A stretch of 63,995 bases of DNA, filler included, from Phoronis australis (GCA_002633005.1; 4 parts of 4 records of this genome joined end to end with filler, not necessarily neighbours in it); one strand, 5' to 3'. Positions 13,483 through 25,838 are shown, numbered from the whole stretch's first letter. Notes: a model not told the origin generated them from the letters alone. Numbers and translations: made by a program.

Positions 13483-14119
13483 TTAATGTTCAGAAACCCG
13501 TAGTATAACCCCAAGACAGTGTTCTGTAACCATAACGAGCGCTTCGGCCACAGTCAGACGTAACAATTCATAATTTTCCATACCACATTGTAAAAATACA
13601 TATAACCTAATCTTGAGAAAGGATTTCCCTGCAAATGGGACCATCCTATTTTCTCAAATTGTTTCAGGAACTGGACCTGTTTTTCACATTTCTTAAACCA
13701 TGCAGCCGTCTGCAATGAATATTAAATTTCTTACCAAATACAATCACTCACCACTGTTGTGTGTACATGTGTTGCGAAAGCGACTATTGTGTCTGCGCTC
13801 ATCTTATGTTGTATTATATTCATTACGATGATTAAAATGAGCAAATGAAAGTGTAGTACATGTTCGTACGCAGCAGCAAGGGATGGGTTTGCTCAGTTTG
13901 AATTTGGGTGTAAGAACAACAACACATGTTGAGACAGTAGTGCTAGGTATTACCTTTCCACTTCATTTGATCAGATAAAACTGAAACAAAGTCTCTTTTA
14001 TTAGATGCAATGTGTAATGCCTTTGGAGTGTTCGTGAGTGCAAATGATTTGAGAAGCCAGCAATGAATAAGTCACTGCGTTACCGGCTTTAGGTGCAATA
14101 AACTAATTGACGTCTGATT

Positions 14120-14378
14120 CAAAATAAACTCACACTTAACGTTAGTAAAACCAAGGCGATGCTGTTTGGAACCCGTTTTTACCATTATTTGTCATTTAGT
14201 TATTGTCTTAATTCTCAACCTTACCTGTTTTAATATCTTTGTTACGTATATTTCATTGTTGTTTTATTACTTCATTGTATTATATTGCTGTTTTTCTTGG
14301 TGAGGGCACTCTTGGAAAGCAGTGTTATCACTGAAGAGGCCACCCTCATTAAAAAATATCACAATAATAAAATAAATA
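14120..14378 (+). mobile_element. Deleted LINE (L2/Crack/CR1-group) remnant: RT fragment plus 3' end
   Basis: Encodes NKLTLNVSKTKAMLFGTR. The 3' end has a CAGTG-TTAT-CACTG stem-loop and an AATA-rich tail. Confidence 0.65.
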
Positions 14379-14758
14379 CACCGACGCCGTGTGAGCTCAT
14401 GCTAATTTAGTGTTTACTGGCAGAAACTGTTGTGATAGGGGAATCTTTATATACATTTGCATTACCCAAATAATAATTGTCAATGGTCATGTACAACTTC
14501 TGCCCTGACGGTGCTGTGGCCAAAGCGGAACCCGAATTCGCGGCCCCCGACGAGTAAGTAGATTTGCAGAAAACTCCTGCTATACGGACCTTATTGGCCT
14601 GGCGTACTTTATAGGCTACTGTGTGTCCAAATACCAATAGATCCGTAAGAGCGAAATGAAACAACACGTTTTTATAAGAACCCGGTGTATTTTTAAGGGT
14701 TTTACATCGAAGTTTGAGGATTTATAGACGTTAGACGATGACTTCAAGCGATAAGCTG

Positions 14759-14835
14759 TGTTACGGATGATTTGCAGGTAAATTGTGTTCATTATGTATT
14801 TTAAATGCGAGGTCTTTTGTTTTGCTTAGCGTTAN
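14759..14835 (+). mobile_element. 5' part of an LTR, truncated at a single-N join
   Basis: Near-identical to the first ~75 nt of the solo LTR at 18621; begins TGTTACGGATG. Confidence 0.8.
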
Positions 14836-14945
14836 ATTTTTTGGGGATCCTGATTGAATTTTCCATGATTATTGTTAGAGAATTCAAGGACATATGCAGC
14901 TTTAGGGATTTTTTGAACCATGATTGGTTTCAATGTACAAAATAT

Positions 14946-17930
14946 AAACAAAAGCAACGTGGAGCGTTGAAATGCGCCCCACAAATGCATCGCAAATGGT
15001 GTGCTTTTAGGGATATTTATTTGTATCATAAAAATGGCCAACAGATGGCGCAAAAATGTACACTCCATCCAAACATGGGATCATGCCATATTTCACAAAA
15101 TCTGTCAAAGAACTTCAGAGAAACGTAGGAAAACAGAACAAAATGAAATTGCCACTCGTGGGCACAGCGTCCGTTTGATCAGCCTGACTGACATCTTCTG
15201 TTATCTTCAAATAAATTCACTAACTAACTTTAATAAAGATCCTGCAGTGGGTTTTGGAGATACAGTTATGGGCGAAAAACAAAACAAAACTACCACTAGG
15301 AGGCACCACAGTAGTCAGTCACCATCATCAAACATCCTCTTCACATTGAAAACATATACGCCAATTTTCAAAACTATCCCCAGAATGATTTGGTTGATTC
15401 AGGGGTGAACGCCAAAAACATGATTTGAAAACAGCAAAAAATGGCCACCAGGTGGCGCAAAATACCTCGATTCAATGCAAAAACAGGATGATACGTCATC
15501 TCACCAATAGATGCCTGTATTCAAAACTTTATAAAAATCAGTTGAGAACCTTTGAAGATACACAGACTGGTAAACATAAAAAACTAAAATTGCCACTAGG
15601 GGCACACCAAAAGTTAGATCTGTCCAAAAGTCGTCCGTTGTCAACATCATATAAATACACTTGCTAACTTAAGTAAAGATCCTGCATACGTTTTATGAGA
15701 TACAGCGACGAGCGCAAAAAAATGCCACTACGAGGCGCCACAGTAGTCGTACTCTTCGGAAAATTATCGTCAGCCATCCACTTCGCAGTAGAAACATACA
15801 TGCCAATTTTCACAATTATTCTGAAAGTGGTTTGGTTGATAGATGAGTGGACTCCAAAAAACATACTCGAAAACAGTTAAAGTGGCCACTAGGTGGTGCA
15901 AACTAGGTCGAATCCATCTGAAAACAGAGAGATAGCGTCACCTCATAAACAGATGCCTGTATGCCAAATTTTATGAAAATACTTTGAGGACCTTTGAACA
16001 TACANTTTTGATTGCTAAGTGTCGCTTGGCTCCTGTGAAACCCATGACGATTCCGAGATTGGAGTTGTGCTCAGCTGTGGTTGCTGTGAAGCTGCTTTCG
16101 CTTTTGAGAAGGGAGATGGATTTGAGGATCAACAGTTGTGTTTTCTGGACCGACAGCTCGGTTGTTCTCAGCTATATTAGATGCGAGTCCAAGCGCCTGC
16201 ATACGTTTGTTGCTAACCGTGTTGCGATTATTCTCAACGAGAGTCGTCCGTCAGAGTGGAGACACGTCGACACCAAGTCCAATCCAGCTGATCTGATATC
16301 ACGCGGTATGTCGGCATCAGAGAATCTGTCCTCTGTCGTGTGGAGGAAAGGGCCTGTGTTTTTATTTTACTGCAAGATGAGTCCCGGTGGCCGAATACTA
16401 GATTTACGCCTGCTCAGGACCTGGAGATCAAAGAAGATAAGTCTTTTGCTTGCGTCACGAGTAGTGAATGGGATTCCACTGAATTATATGGCAGGTATTC
16501 TAGCTGGTTTCGTCTGCGTAAGGCTGTTGCGTGGCTGCGGCGGTTTGTTCTATGGGTTCGGGATAAACAAACATGCCCAACTGGACGATTGACTGCGAGT
16601 GAGGTGAGTTCGGCCGAGACAGCTATCTTAAGAGACGTCCAAGCTCAGCATTATGCGCCTGACTGAATTCAGAGCTTGAAGTCCAGGCTGAAGGTTAGAA
16701 AATCCAGCCCTATTTGGAGTCTTGAACCCTTCGTGGATTCGTCGGATTGTCTTTTAAAGGTGTCCGGTAGGTTGGGAAATGCTTGCCTTCCAGATGATTC
16801 GAGGCACCCTATCATTGTACCCAGGGACTGCCACGTCGCTTCGTTGATTGTGAGACATGTTCACCAGTTCGTCACGCAACATTCTGGCCGGGAACACGTT
16901 CTATCATCCATACGGTCTCGTTTCTGGATCCCTAGAGTAAGGGTTTTAATTAATCGTCACCTTCGAGAATGTGTTACCTGCAGAAGATCAAAGGGTGGTT
17001 TACTGACTCAGCGTATGGCCGATTTACCGGTTGATCGGGTGTCTTCAGGTGAGCCCGCTTTTTCTCACTCTGGTGTGGATTGCTTCGGGCCCTTCCTGGT
17101 CAAAAGGGGCCGGGGTAGAGAAAAGCGCTATGGTTGTTTATTCACTTGTCTCACATCTAGAGGCATTCATATTGAGAAGCTATATTCGCTAGACACTGAC
17201 TCATTTATTAATGCCCTCATGAGATTTATTTCCAGGCGAGGTGTCCCCAAGAAGCTGCGTTCAGACAATGGCACCAATTTCGTGGGCGGTGAAAAGGAGA
17301 TTCGTGAATCGATCCTCAAGTGGAATGAAAGTCATCAGTGTCAAGACAGCATGTTGATACGTCAGATCGAGTGGAAGTTTAATCCTCCGTTGGCTTCGCA
17401 CATGGGAGGTGTTTGGGAGCGCCAAATTCGTTCAGTGCGGAACGTGTTAAATGTGCTGCTTCGCAATCAAGTCCTCGACGACGAACGACTTGATACTGTG
17501 TTTTGTGAGGTCGAGAACACTGTCAATAGCAGACCTTTAACTGTGACGTCAGACAATCCGAACGATTTAAATCCTCTATCCCCTAATGATTTGCTGCGCC
17601 CGTCTAAAGGTTTGGTAGTCCCTCCAGGTAACTTTGACGCTAAGGATATGTTCCGTCGTAGGTGGCGTAGTGTGCAGTTTGTGTGCGACCAGTTTTGGCG
17701 CAGATGGTTGAAGGAATATCTTCCTACTTTGCAGATTCGTAGGAAATGGCTTGGTATNGATTGACGGATCCATCAAAAAATTTGCTCATAATGTTCCATA
17801 CGCCAACAAAATTTCACAAACATCCATCACGGGATTTGGAGATACAACAGTGAACGCCAGACGGACAACCAACTAGACGGACAACGGCATAATGCACACA
17901 CAAACATATAATTATGTGGGTTCGTAAAAA
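14946..17930 (-). mobile_element. DINE-1/HINE-like element, interrupted by the BEL/Pao contig
   Basis: Has a GCAACG..CGTTG stem-loop plus AATGCGCCCCACA subTIR at about 14955-14985, CCACTAGG-anchored internal repeats up to 16004, and a GGAC-type tract with terminal IR at 17855-17930. Same family as 20406-21931. Confidence 0.65.
16006..17757 (+). mobile_element. BEL/Pao LTR retrotransposon pol fragment (RNase H C-terminal region, integrase, DUF5641-like), pseudogenised
   Basis: Motifs include AKCRLAPVKPMTIPRLEL, FWTDS, FVANRV, NPADLISRG, an H2C2 finger (H..HSG..CVTC), GVDCFGP, SDNGTNF, GGVWERQIRSV and FWRRWLKEYL. There is a frameshift near 16360 and a TGA at 16664-16666. The fragment is bounded by single Ns. 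Confidence 0.95.
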
Positions 17931-18620
17931 CAGCGTTTCTGTCAAATTTTTGTTGAAGTGACATCATTGCGCCCGGCCAATAATTGTTTCTACTTTCCCA
18001 GTAACGAGTGGTCACGATTACGAAATCTTGCCTGTCAAGATTTTGACGAGATTTAGCCAAAATTGAGACAGATTCTAGTACAAAATAAATGATAATTCAG
18101 TCGTGGTTTGCAGCTGAGAATACTTGTAAAGAACACAACAACAACGAACATGTGAACTCCAACACCCAGAATACAAAAGTGCCGATGGACACTGCGGGTA
18201 AATACAGCAAGATTCAAGTGTCGCTGTGTAATTCGGGCCGGCCCTTCTGTTCACAATTTATCCACTTGTTTGTAGCATTGTTTGTTACAAAACTTTCTAA
18301 GGCAGCTTTCAAGCGAGTGGTTTCGAAAGCCTAGCTAGTCTCATAGCATTCATTACATAATCAAGCTGCTCGGACTTGTAATACTGTAATTAATAGGTCA
18401 ATAAACTATTTTACACTACTGTAATGCGTCCTGTTGACTGTCAACGTTTGCGGGCTCTCCGATAGCAAAGAAGTAATCCATAAATAGATGAGAATAATCC
18501 TCGTTTACTTTAATCCAAGTCATACATAAAACAAAAATCGTAAGAATATAAAAATTTCATGAATGTATACTTCTACACTATTGCTTCATATTCCTTCAAG
18601 AGTTCTTAATCAATATTCCA

Positions 18621-19172
18621 TGTTACGGATGATTTGCAGGTAAATTGTGTTCATTATGTATTTTAAATGTGAGGTCTTTTGCTTTGCTTAGCTTTAGTTT
18701 TCTGCCTCGCCGCTAGGCACTTTCTAGGCTATTGTTTCACTGGCTTGCCATTTCACTCTGCCCGCATCATTTGAAGCGTCAAGTCGCTTACTGTTGTCGT
18801 GTACTAGTGAGTATTTTCTTTCGTAATCTGTATCTTTTGCTTTGTTTTGGACGCAGTTAGTACATTTTCATTTCCCTTAGTTTGTATGTTTGTGTAGATA
18901 GTACTGTATTTAAATTTGCTGTAATTTTGTGTATAATATGTTTAAATGGTCTGCTTTTTCTGTGTGTCTTGTGTTGACCACGCCCCGTGTCAGCCATTTT
19001 GTTAACTTAGTGTTTCTTGTTCTTTGCAGACAAGATTCGTACAAGTTTTGTATGGTATTCAGTGGTTGCAGACTTTATATTCGCTGTGTTCATGGGCCAC
19101 ATTTGGGCCACGGAACAAAGAATAAAGTTTACCATACCATTACAATCTTTCGTATATTATCACACGGCAACA
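18621..19172 (+). mobile_element. Solo LTR (552 bp) with 5-bp TSD, probably BEL/Pao
   Basis: Termini are TGTTACGG and CGGCAACA, with AATAAA at 19121. TTCCA is duplicated at 18616-18620 and 19173-19177. Confidence 0.9.
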
Positions 19173-20405
19173 TTCCATAATACTGATGATCTATACAATT
19201 CCAGTTCACAGTTTTTGAAGCTTCTCTTGGCCTTGGTCCCATCCCTCTTCCAGTTGATCATTTGAGAAGAAACCAGACACAGTTGTGGAGACACACACGG
19301 GTCATAATACGCCCACGAATCGTTTGAGCAGAATATCTTGAGATTACCACGCCAAATTTTCCTTCTCAATAATCAGCTCGTCTCATATAGCTAAGGTATA
19401 AGCGCTTATCTTGCTTGGCCAGTAAAAGTTGTTTTCTGAATGTTTTGTACATTGAAAAAACTGAGTCATCACTTACGGTATAGAAATACCAGATTCTCTT
19501 GTATTCTTAACACTTCAAATGACAAGCTGCTTTCATTTTTAACTTTGAGAATTACCAGGTTATCAGTTTGTTAGGACCCAAAAAGTTCAAAGCATGGTTA
19601 AACACAATACCACTCGTATCTATATTCAAGTTATTCCTCAGCAATTCCCTTACCTTATGTTTTATTTGGTCCCTCAGGATGTAAAACATCACGTTCGTTG
19701 GGTTGACGCTGCCCCTCAATATTATCTATTCTTATTTCATGATAGCCTAAGCGTTTTCAGAGCAGAATCATTTCTTCTTGTTGATTGCATGCAAAAGTTA
19801 CACCTGACCATCTTAACGGATCTTAGAAGTGACGTCCACTGTATAATTTATTATGCTTGTTGTTCTTGTTTTTGTTGTTCATCGTTGTTATACAGTGACA
19901 CGATACTCTAAAGAATGTGTGGTCTCAAACCAATAAGCACAGTTCTTGTCTGTCCTTCCATTTTTTTTTGGGAAAATCCCCACTTTTAATTTGTCCTTTC
20001 CACTTATCCATCCGTGTTTCACCATGTATGACCCCACCAGCCATAACTGGACAGGATACTATAACTACTAACTCCATTTTTTAAAAATACACTCCCAGAC
20101 CTTTACATACACTAGACGGCACTTATAATGTGCGACACAATGACCAAAAGTGCAGTCCCTCCACTCAGTGACAATTATCTGACCTCAGCGTCCAAACATT
20201 GGATGAGACACTGGCATCATTTCCAGAGAAAAGACCTCAACTGATCTAACCCAAAATTTGATATACAAAACAAATCCACAGACACGTACACTTCTTCTTT
20301 GCAAGTTCCTTTAAAGCGACAGACTTCAGGGCTGACAAGAGCATGCTGTCTTGAGAATTCGATTTCTTGGTCCTCAGTACTCAATGCTTAGGACTAAATA
20401 CTTTA

Positions 20406-21931
20406 CAAGAGCAACGCAGAGCGTTGAAATGCGCCCACAATTGCACTGCATACGGTATCCTTCTAGGGTTGTTTATTGGTACCACAAAGTGGCCAGTAGA
20501 GAGCATATATGTAGTATGTTGTACTTAGCAAAATGGAAAGGCATGGTCATTGTCTCCTCAATAGGCTAGGGGCAAAATGTGAGTAATCTTCATAATACAA
20601 GCACATCCTATACACCAGTTGCTTAAAGCACCACAGAAACATAGAATAAAAACAAACCAACATACGAGATTAGCATATCATTAGAATGCCAGAAACAAAT
20701 TTCTACTTGGAACTTTTCCTTCATAGTCACGAAGTAACACAAAGTATACACCTGAAGACCTATGAAAATACAGAGGTCAATGTAAAATACTATAAATTGC
20801 CACTAGAGGCAAATACTAAAATTGCCACTAGAGGCATACCGGTAGTCAGAATCATCCTAAAGTCGTCATCGTCCGTTGTCAACATCACATCAATACACTT
20901 GCTAAATTTAGTAAAGATCCTGCAAACGGTTTGGGAGATACAACCATGGGCGCAAAAAAAACAAAACTGCCACTAGGAGGTGCCACAGTAGTCCAAATCG
21001 TCTGAAAATCATTGTCAGCTGTCTTCCTTATAGTAAGCACATACACGGCAATTTTCACAATCATCCTTTGAGCGGTTTGATTGATAGAGGGGTGGACGCA
21101 AAAATACAGACTCGAAAACAGTAAAAATGGCCACTAGGTGGCGCAAACTATGTCGAATCTATCTGAAAACGGGAGGATAGCGTCATCTCACTATTAGGTG
21201 CCTACATACCAAATTTCATGAAAATCCGTTCAGGACTTTTGAAGATACAAAGGTAAGCGTAAAAAACTAAAATTGCCACTAGGGGGCACACCAGTAGTAG
21301 GATCCGTCCAAAAGTCGTCATCTTCCGTTGTTAACATCATATAAATATACTTACACAATTTCGTAAAGATCCTGCGAAAGGTTTAGGAGATATAGCCATA
21401 GGCGCAAAAAAAAACAAAACAGCCACTAGGAGGCGCCACAGTAGTCGAAATCGTCGGAAAATCATCGTCAACCGTCCTCTACATAGTAAGCATATACATG
21501 CCAATTTTCACAATCATCCTTTGAGCGGTTTGGTTGATAGAGGGGTGGACGCACAAAAACAGACTCAAAAACACTAAAAATGGCCACTAGGTGGCGCAAA
21601 CTATGTCGAATCCATCTGAAAACGGCAGGATAGCGTCATCTCACTAATAGGTGCCTACATACCAAATTTCATGAAAATCCGTTCAGGACTTTTGAAGATA
21701 CAAAGGTAAGCGTAAAAAACTAAAATTGCCACTAGGGGGCACACCGGTAGTCGGATCCGTCCGAAAGTTCGCACATGCCGTCCCATTCATGAATGGAACA
21801 TATGTGCCAAATTTCATGAACGTATGTCAAAGGGTTTTGGAGATAGAGCAGCGGACGCCGGACGCCGCCCGGACGGACGGACGGACGGAGATGACGGCAT
21901 AATGCGTCCACATATAAATATGTGGGCGCAT
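20406..21931 (-). mobile_element. Complete DINE-1/HINE-like non-autonomous Helentron derivative
   Basis: Read on the minus strand: T-run, subTIR ATGCGCCCACATAT with adjacent IR, (GTCC)n tract, central tandem repeats (453-bp period), 3' subTIR TGTGGGCGCATT, CAACGC-TCT-GCGTTG stem-loop, then T-run. Confidence 0.75.
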
Positions 21932-22366
21932 AAAAATCAATCAGTGAGTATAAATTGTAAATTTTCCCAGAATTCACCATTACCCAAAATGCAAGGCAGC
22001 ATAAAAACTTAGAAGGCAACCAATGATTCTTAACTGGAGAAGTAAATTAAATGCAGTTGCTCTCAAGAAGACAATCTCAAGTAACCGAAACAACATAAAG
22101 TAAGAAACCAATAAAACTGTTTTGAAAGAGTCTCAGACTGTTCGTTTTATAAATTAATTGACCATGCCCAATCATGGCAAAACTCATTTCACCTCAACCC
22201 TATGTCCACAACCTGCAAAACTCAAACGAAGTCAGAGCACACTGCAGTAGCAGCTGAAGTCTATCAAGAATGATGAAAACATAACTGCGATAGGAAATTC
22301 TACGAAATCCAGAACACAATCCAATAAATAGTATATGAGGTTTAGATGTCCTATACCCAGTAATAC

Positions 22367-22511
22367 CTGAAATAACGCGACTGGCTTGACTTGTGCTTCT
22401 CCATAGCATCCAGTGAACCCATCCCCCGGTACTTTTTGAGCCGAACACCATCGGCAAAGAAGTATTCACCCGGTGCCTCTGTGGTCCCAGCAAGCATTGA
22501 ACCCATCATGA
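22367..22511 (-). CDS. IMPDH: IMP dehydrogenase exon (145 nt): [48 protein letters not shown]
   Basis: Contains the conserved MMGS, EAPGEY and YRGMGS motifs. AG/GT boundaries, phase 1 to 2, in frame with the upstream exon. Confidence 0.97.
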
Positions 22512-23432
22512 CTGGAAAATAACAAAATGCAAACTCTTACCAAGCATCACACCAAGATATGTAGTGGATTGGTGTGCTGGTACTCTCTGACGCTAGGACA
22601 ACTGTATTGCTGCGCATTTAGGACCATGCGCCTATACTTGCGATGCTTCGCAATCTTTTTTACCCAAGTGGTTCGCATATTGCCACATGCACTTAATAAG
22701 TTTCGCATGCAAGCCCAGGTAATGTCCCCTGCATAGGCCCATACATTAATTTTGATATAGGCGCACACATTTTGACTACTGCTGGGCTTCCTAAATTTGG
22801 TAAAAAGTTTTTAAAATGTGTTACCATATTGTCATGCCGCTAGACCTAGGGACCTATATCCGAAACAATGCTTTTTTTCGCGGTCTTTTTACCCAAGTGG
22901 TTTGCATGGGCTTCAGTTTTGCATATAAGCACAGTTCTGCACAGAGACACCTATGGTCCTAATGGCGTGGCAATACTGTACAACAATGTGAAAAACTCAT
23001 ACTAACAAAATCTAAAACCCAGCATCATGCATACAATTATACATGTCTGTTATTAGTCCATGGAACCAAATAAGACTAACAGATACCAAAATATCAAATC
23101 AATCTTCAAGACTACAAGGAGGAGGCCACTCGATTTTAGCTATCACTCGGTGTTTCATGTGTGCATGTAGTTCACCTACAAAATGAGGTAACAGTTCTTA
23201 CAGTACCTGGTATTCTGGGAAGAGTGGCGAGTATTCTGCTCCCTGCTAACACAGCTGTGGCCCAAAGATGTGAGAAGACAAGATTTGGAAACAATATGCA
23301 CACTGTGGCGACTTGACATACACGCAGAACACGAGTGATTGCCTGTGAATAAGTGTAAGTCCCTATCACTACATACTGTACGCCAATGTTATACTTACTT
23401 TTTAATAAGAAACCCCACTGAAAACAACTTAC

Positions 23433-23576
23433 CTGTTGAGGCGCCCAGTGACAGGGCCTTAATAATGTGTCCAACTGTCTGAATGCCCCCATCAGCGATG
23501 ACCGGAATGCCAAATCTACGCGCATACTCGGCCACGCGGTACACTGCTGTGCCTTGAGGTCGGCCCACTGCCATCA
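23433..23576 (-). CDS. IMPDH: IMP dehydrogenase exon (144 nt): [48 protein letters not shown]
   Basis: Contains the PVIADGGI motif. CAG acceptor, GTAAGT donor, phase 1 to 1. Confidence 0.97.
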
Positions 23577-25433
23577 CTGAAACAAAAACATAAACGTTCA
23601 CGTCATACTCTTTCATCATTCTTTCCTTAAACTGACAATAACCCCACCTTCAGGACATCAAAGAAACTATCATTCATTATTAGACTAGTATAAATTTGAT
23701 CCTTGAGAGATGAGTGATTATTTCTGGGTCAGGGAAGGTCAGTTCAATAGTGCTTGAGGTCATGCTAGGTGACCAGCTATAAAATGCCAACGTATTGGGG
23801 CCATAACAAACTATTAGTTGTTCCCAAGCTCATGATTCATCTTTTATATGAATTAGGAGCAAGTGAAAAGCAATTGTATTATGGTGAATCATCCAACAAA
23901 AAGTTCTTTATGTGTACAAGTCAGTTTATAACCTGTTTATACATTTTTGTTCGTAGCTATTAAGGTGTATACTGGAAAATGATGGTGAAATCTACGGAAG
24001 TTGTCTTGACAGTCCAAACGACAAGAAACATCAGTATCATCTCCGAATCTCGGGCCATACTGTATGTGGCAAACATGTCAAGAAACTGGCTAAAGAGGAA
24101 AACTGGTTTTCTGACTTGGATTCGGAGATTCTTTAAAAATTATTATTTTTATCAGGCAAAGATTGCAAAAGGCTAAGCCCAATTTCCAGTCATTTCTATG
24201 TGAGGTATGTGATAACCACAACCTGGAAAAAATTATACAACCTGGAAAAAATTATTTACAATTATAAACTGGAACTCGAGAGATTCCAGGCAAGGTGGTC
24301 TTCTTTTTTTGTCAAGCTTTTCTAGGGTTCGATAATGTTCCCAATTTGTTCTGATGTACACTTAACTAGATTTCACATTGATGTACAACTATGTACTGGT
24401 TGATTGAATTAATAAATGTTTTATTCGCGAAAAAAAAATCTCAGCATCAGGCATCTGACATCAATATGGTTGGTGTATTGATCAGGTCAGATATTTAATA
24501 CACTGTGGTGATCAGGTGCATTTTCATTAAAATTTCAAATGATAAAGTGCTGAAAATAAACTCTTTAAATTTAATAGACATAAAAAACAATTTTGACCTC
24601 TAAAAACGATTTAGAATTAATTTTTTCCCAAAGCAACGAAAGTAGTTTGATGCAATCTTTTTATCAGACATCACTTGTCCTCAAACACCTTTAATCACAG
24701 TCACCACATGTAGAGGGTATCAATGTTTGACAATTATCCATTCTGTAAAACAGATAACAGTCAATCTATTTATGCTTGATAATTGAATTGATGAAGACTG
24801 ATCTAACATTTTACTTTCAATGAATCGGATAACACTAAGTGAACTCAGAAATGACGAACTCATATACCAACCAATGCTGTGTACCTCGGTTCAGAATATG
24901 ATTACATACATAATTGACACCTTTAAGAAGAAGGCGACTGTTTAAGTGTTAATTTTTGATAAACTTACTACTTTCCAGTAAACATAAATAAATCTCCAAG
25001 CGCATTAAAACTCACTGGATTCTAATTAATTATGTGTGCCTCATTCTGCAAGTGACATTCGAGGCACAAGTCAAGCAAAATTGATGCAAGACTTGTTTTT
25101 TTCTAAATCTTTGCTTGGGAAATCATGTCTTTTCAAACTTTGCTTACCCTTCCTTAAATACGCCTTTGTGCAGCTTTTCAAAAAGAAACTCCGGACCTTG
25201 ACTGATAATGAAGCGGAAGTGCATTTCTTTTTTCATTCGGTGAGTGCAGGTCTCAAAATAAGTCAGGGTACATACCACAACTTACATATGCTTTTCAGGC
25301 ATTATATGTCACCGTTACTATCACTGCTCACTTCTTGTTCCTCGTTTTCAAACCACCTCTCAGAGTTCTCCCACAAACCCCCCTACAACACCATGGCTAA
25401 TCAACCAACTATACAATTTGGAACAAACCACAC

Positions 25434-25529
25434 CTTCCTGTGTTATGCAGATGGAGCCACTTCCCATGCCAACTCTCAGTGCGTCCACGCCAGCATCAAT
25501 AAGGTTCTTCGCCTGAGCGGCCGTCACCA
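25434..25529 (-). CDS. IMPDH: IMP dehydrogenase exon (96 nt) with the catalytic Cys: [32 protein letters not shown]
   Basis: Contains the IMPDH/GMPR signature [13 protein letters not shown] acceptor, GT donor, phase 1 to 1. Confidence 0.97.
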
Positions 25530-25581
25530 CTAAATAAAAAAATTAAACGAACGTCAAACCAGTATTTAATTGACAGTGATT

Positions 25582-25838
25582 TTTCCACTACAAGCCAAAA
25601 GTAAATGGATCTAAAACAAAATGGCGACTGTTATAAGCTTACCGTTTCCACTACAAGCCAATAGTAAATGGATCTAAAGCAAAATGGCGACTGCTATAAG
25701 CTTACCGTTTCCACTACAAGCCAATAGTAAATGGATCTAAAACAAAAAGGAGACTGCTATAAGCTTACCGTTTCCACTACAAGCCAATAGTAAATGGATC
25801 TAAAACAAAAAGGCGACTGTTATAAGCTTACCGTTTCC
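25582..25838. repeat. 63-bp tandem repeat x4 overlapping an IMPDH exon/intron boundary
   Basis: CCACTA starts at 25585, 25648, 25711 and 25774. Each unit includes the reverse complement of GGAAACG|GTAAGCTTATA. Confidence 0.95.

Noticed and set aside
20292-20393. Alternative terminal IMPDH exon (would give RYFSPKH*)
   Set aside because: It shows no similarity to the IMPDH C-terminus and all three frames from this acceptor stop early. There is no support beyond a possible AG.
25036-25533. 165-aa plus-strand ORF
   Set aside because: It is antisense to an IMPDH exon and intron and has no recognisable domain.
25582-25838. CRISPR-like array
   Set aside because: The units are contiguous near-identical 63-mers with no unique spacers, there are no cas genes, and the context is a eukaryotic intron.
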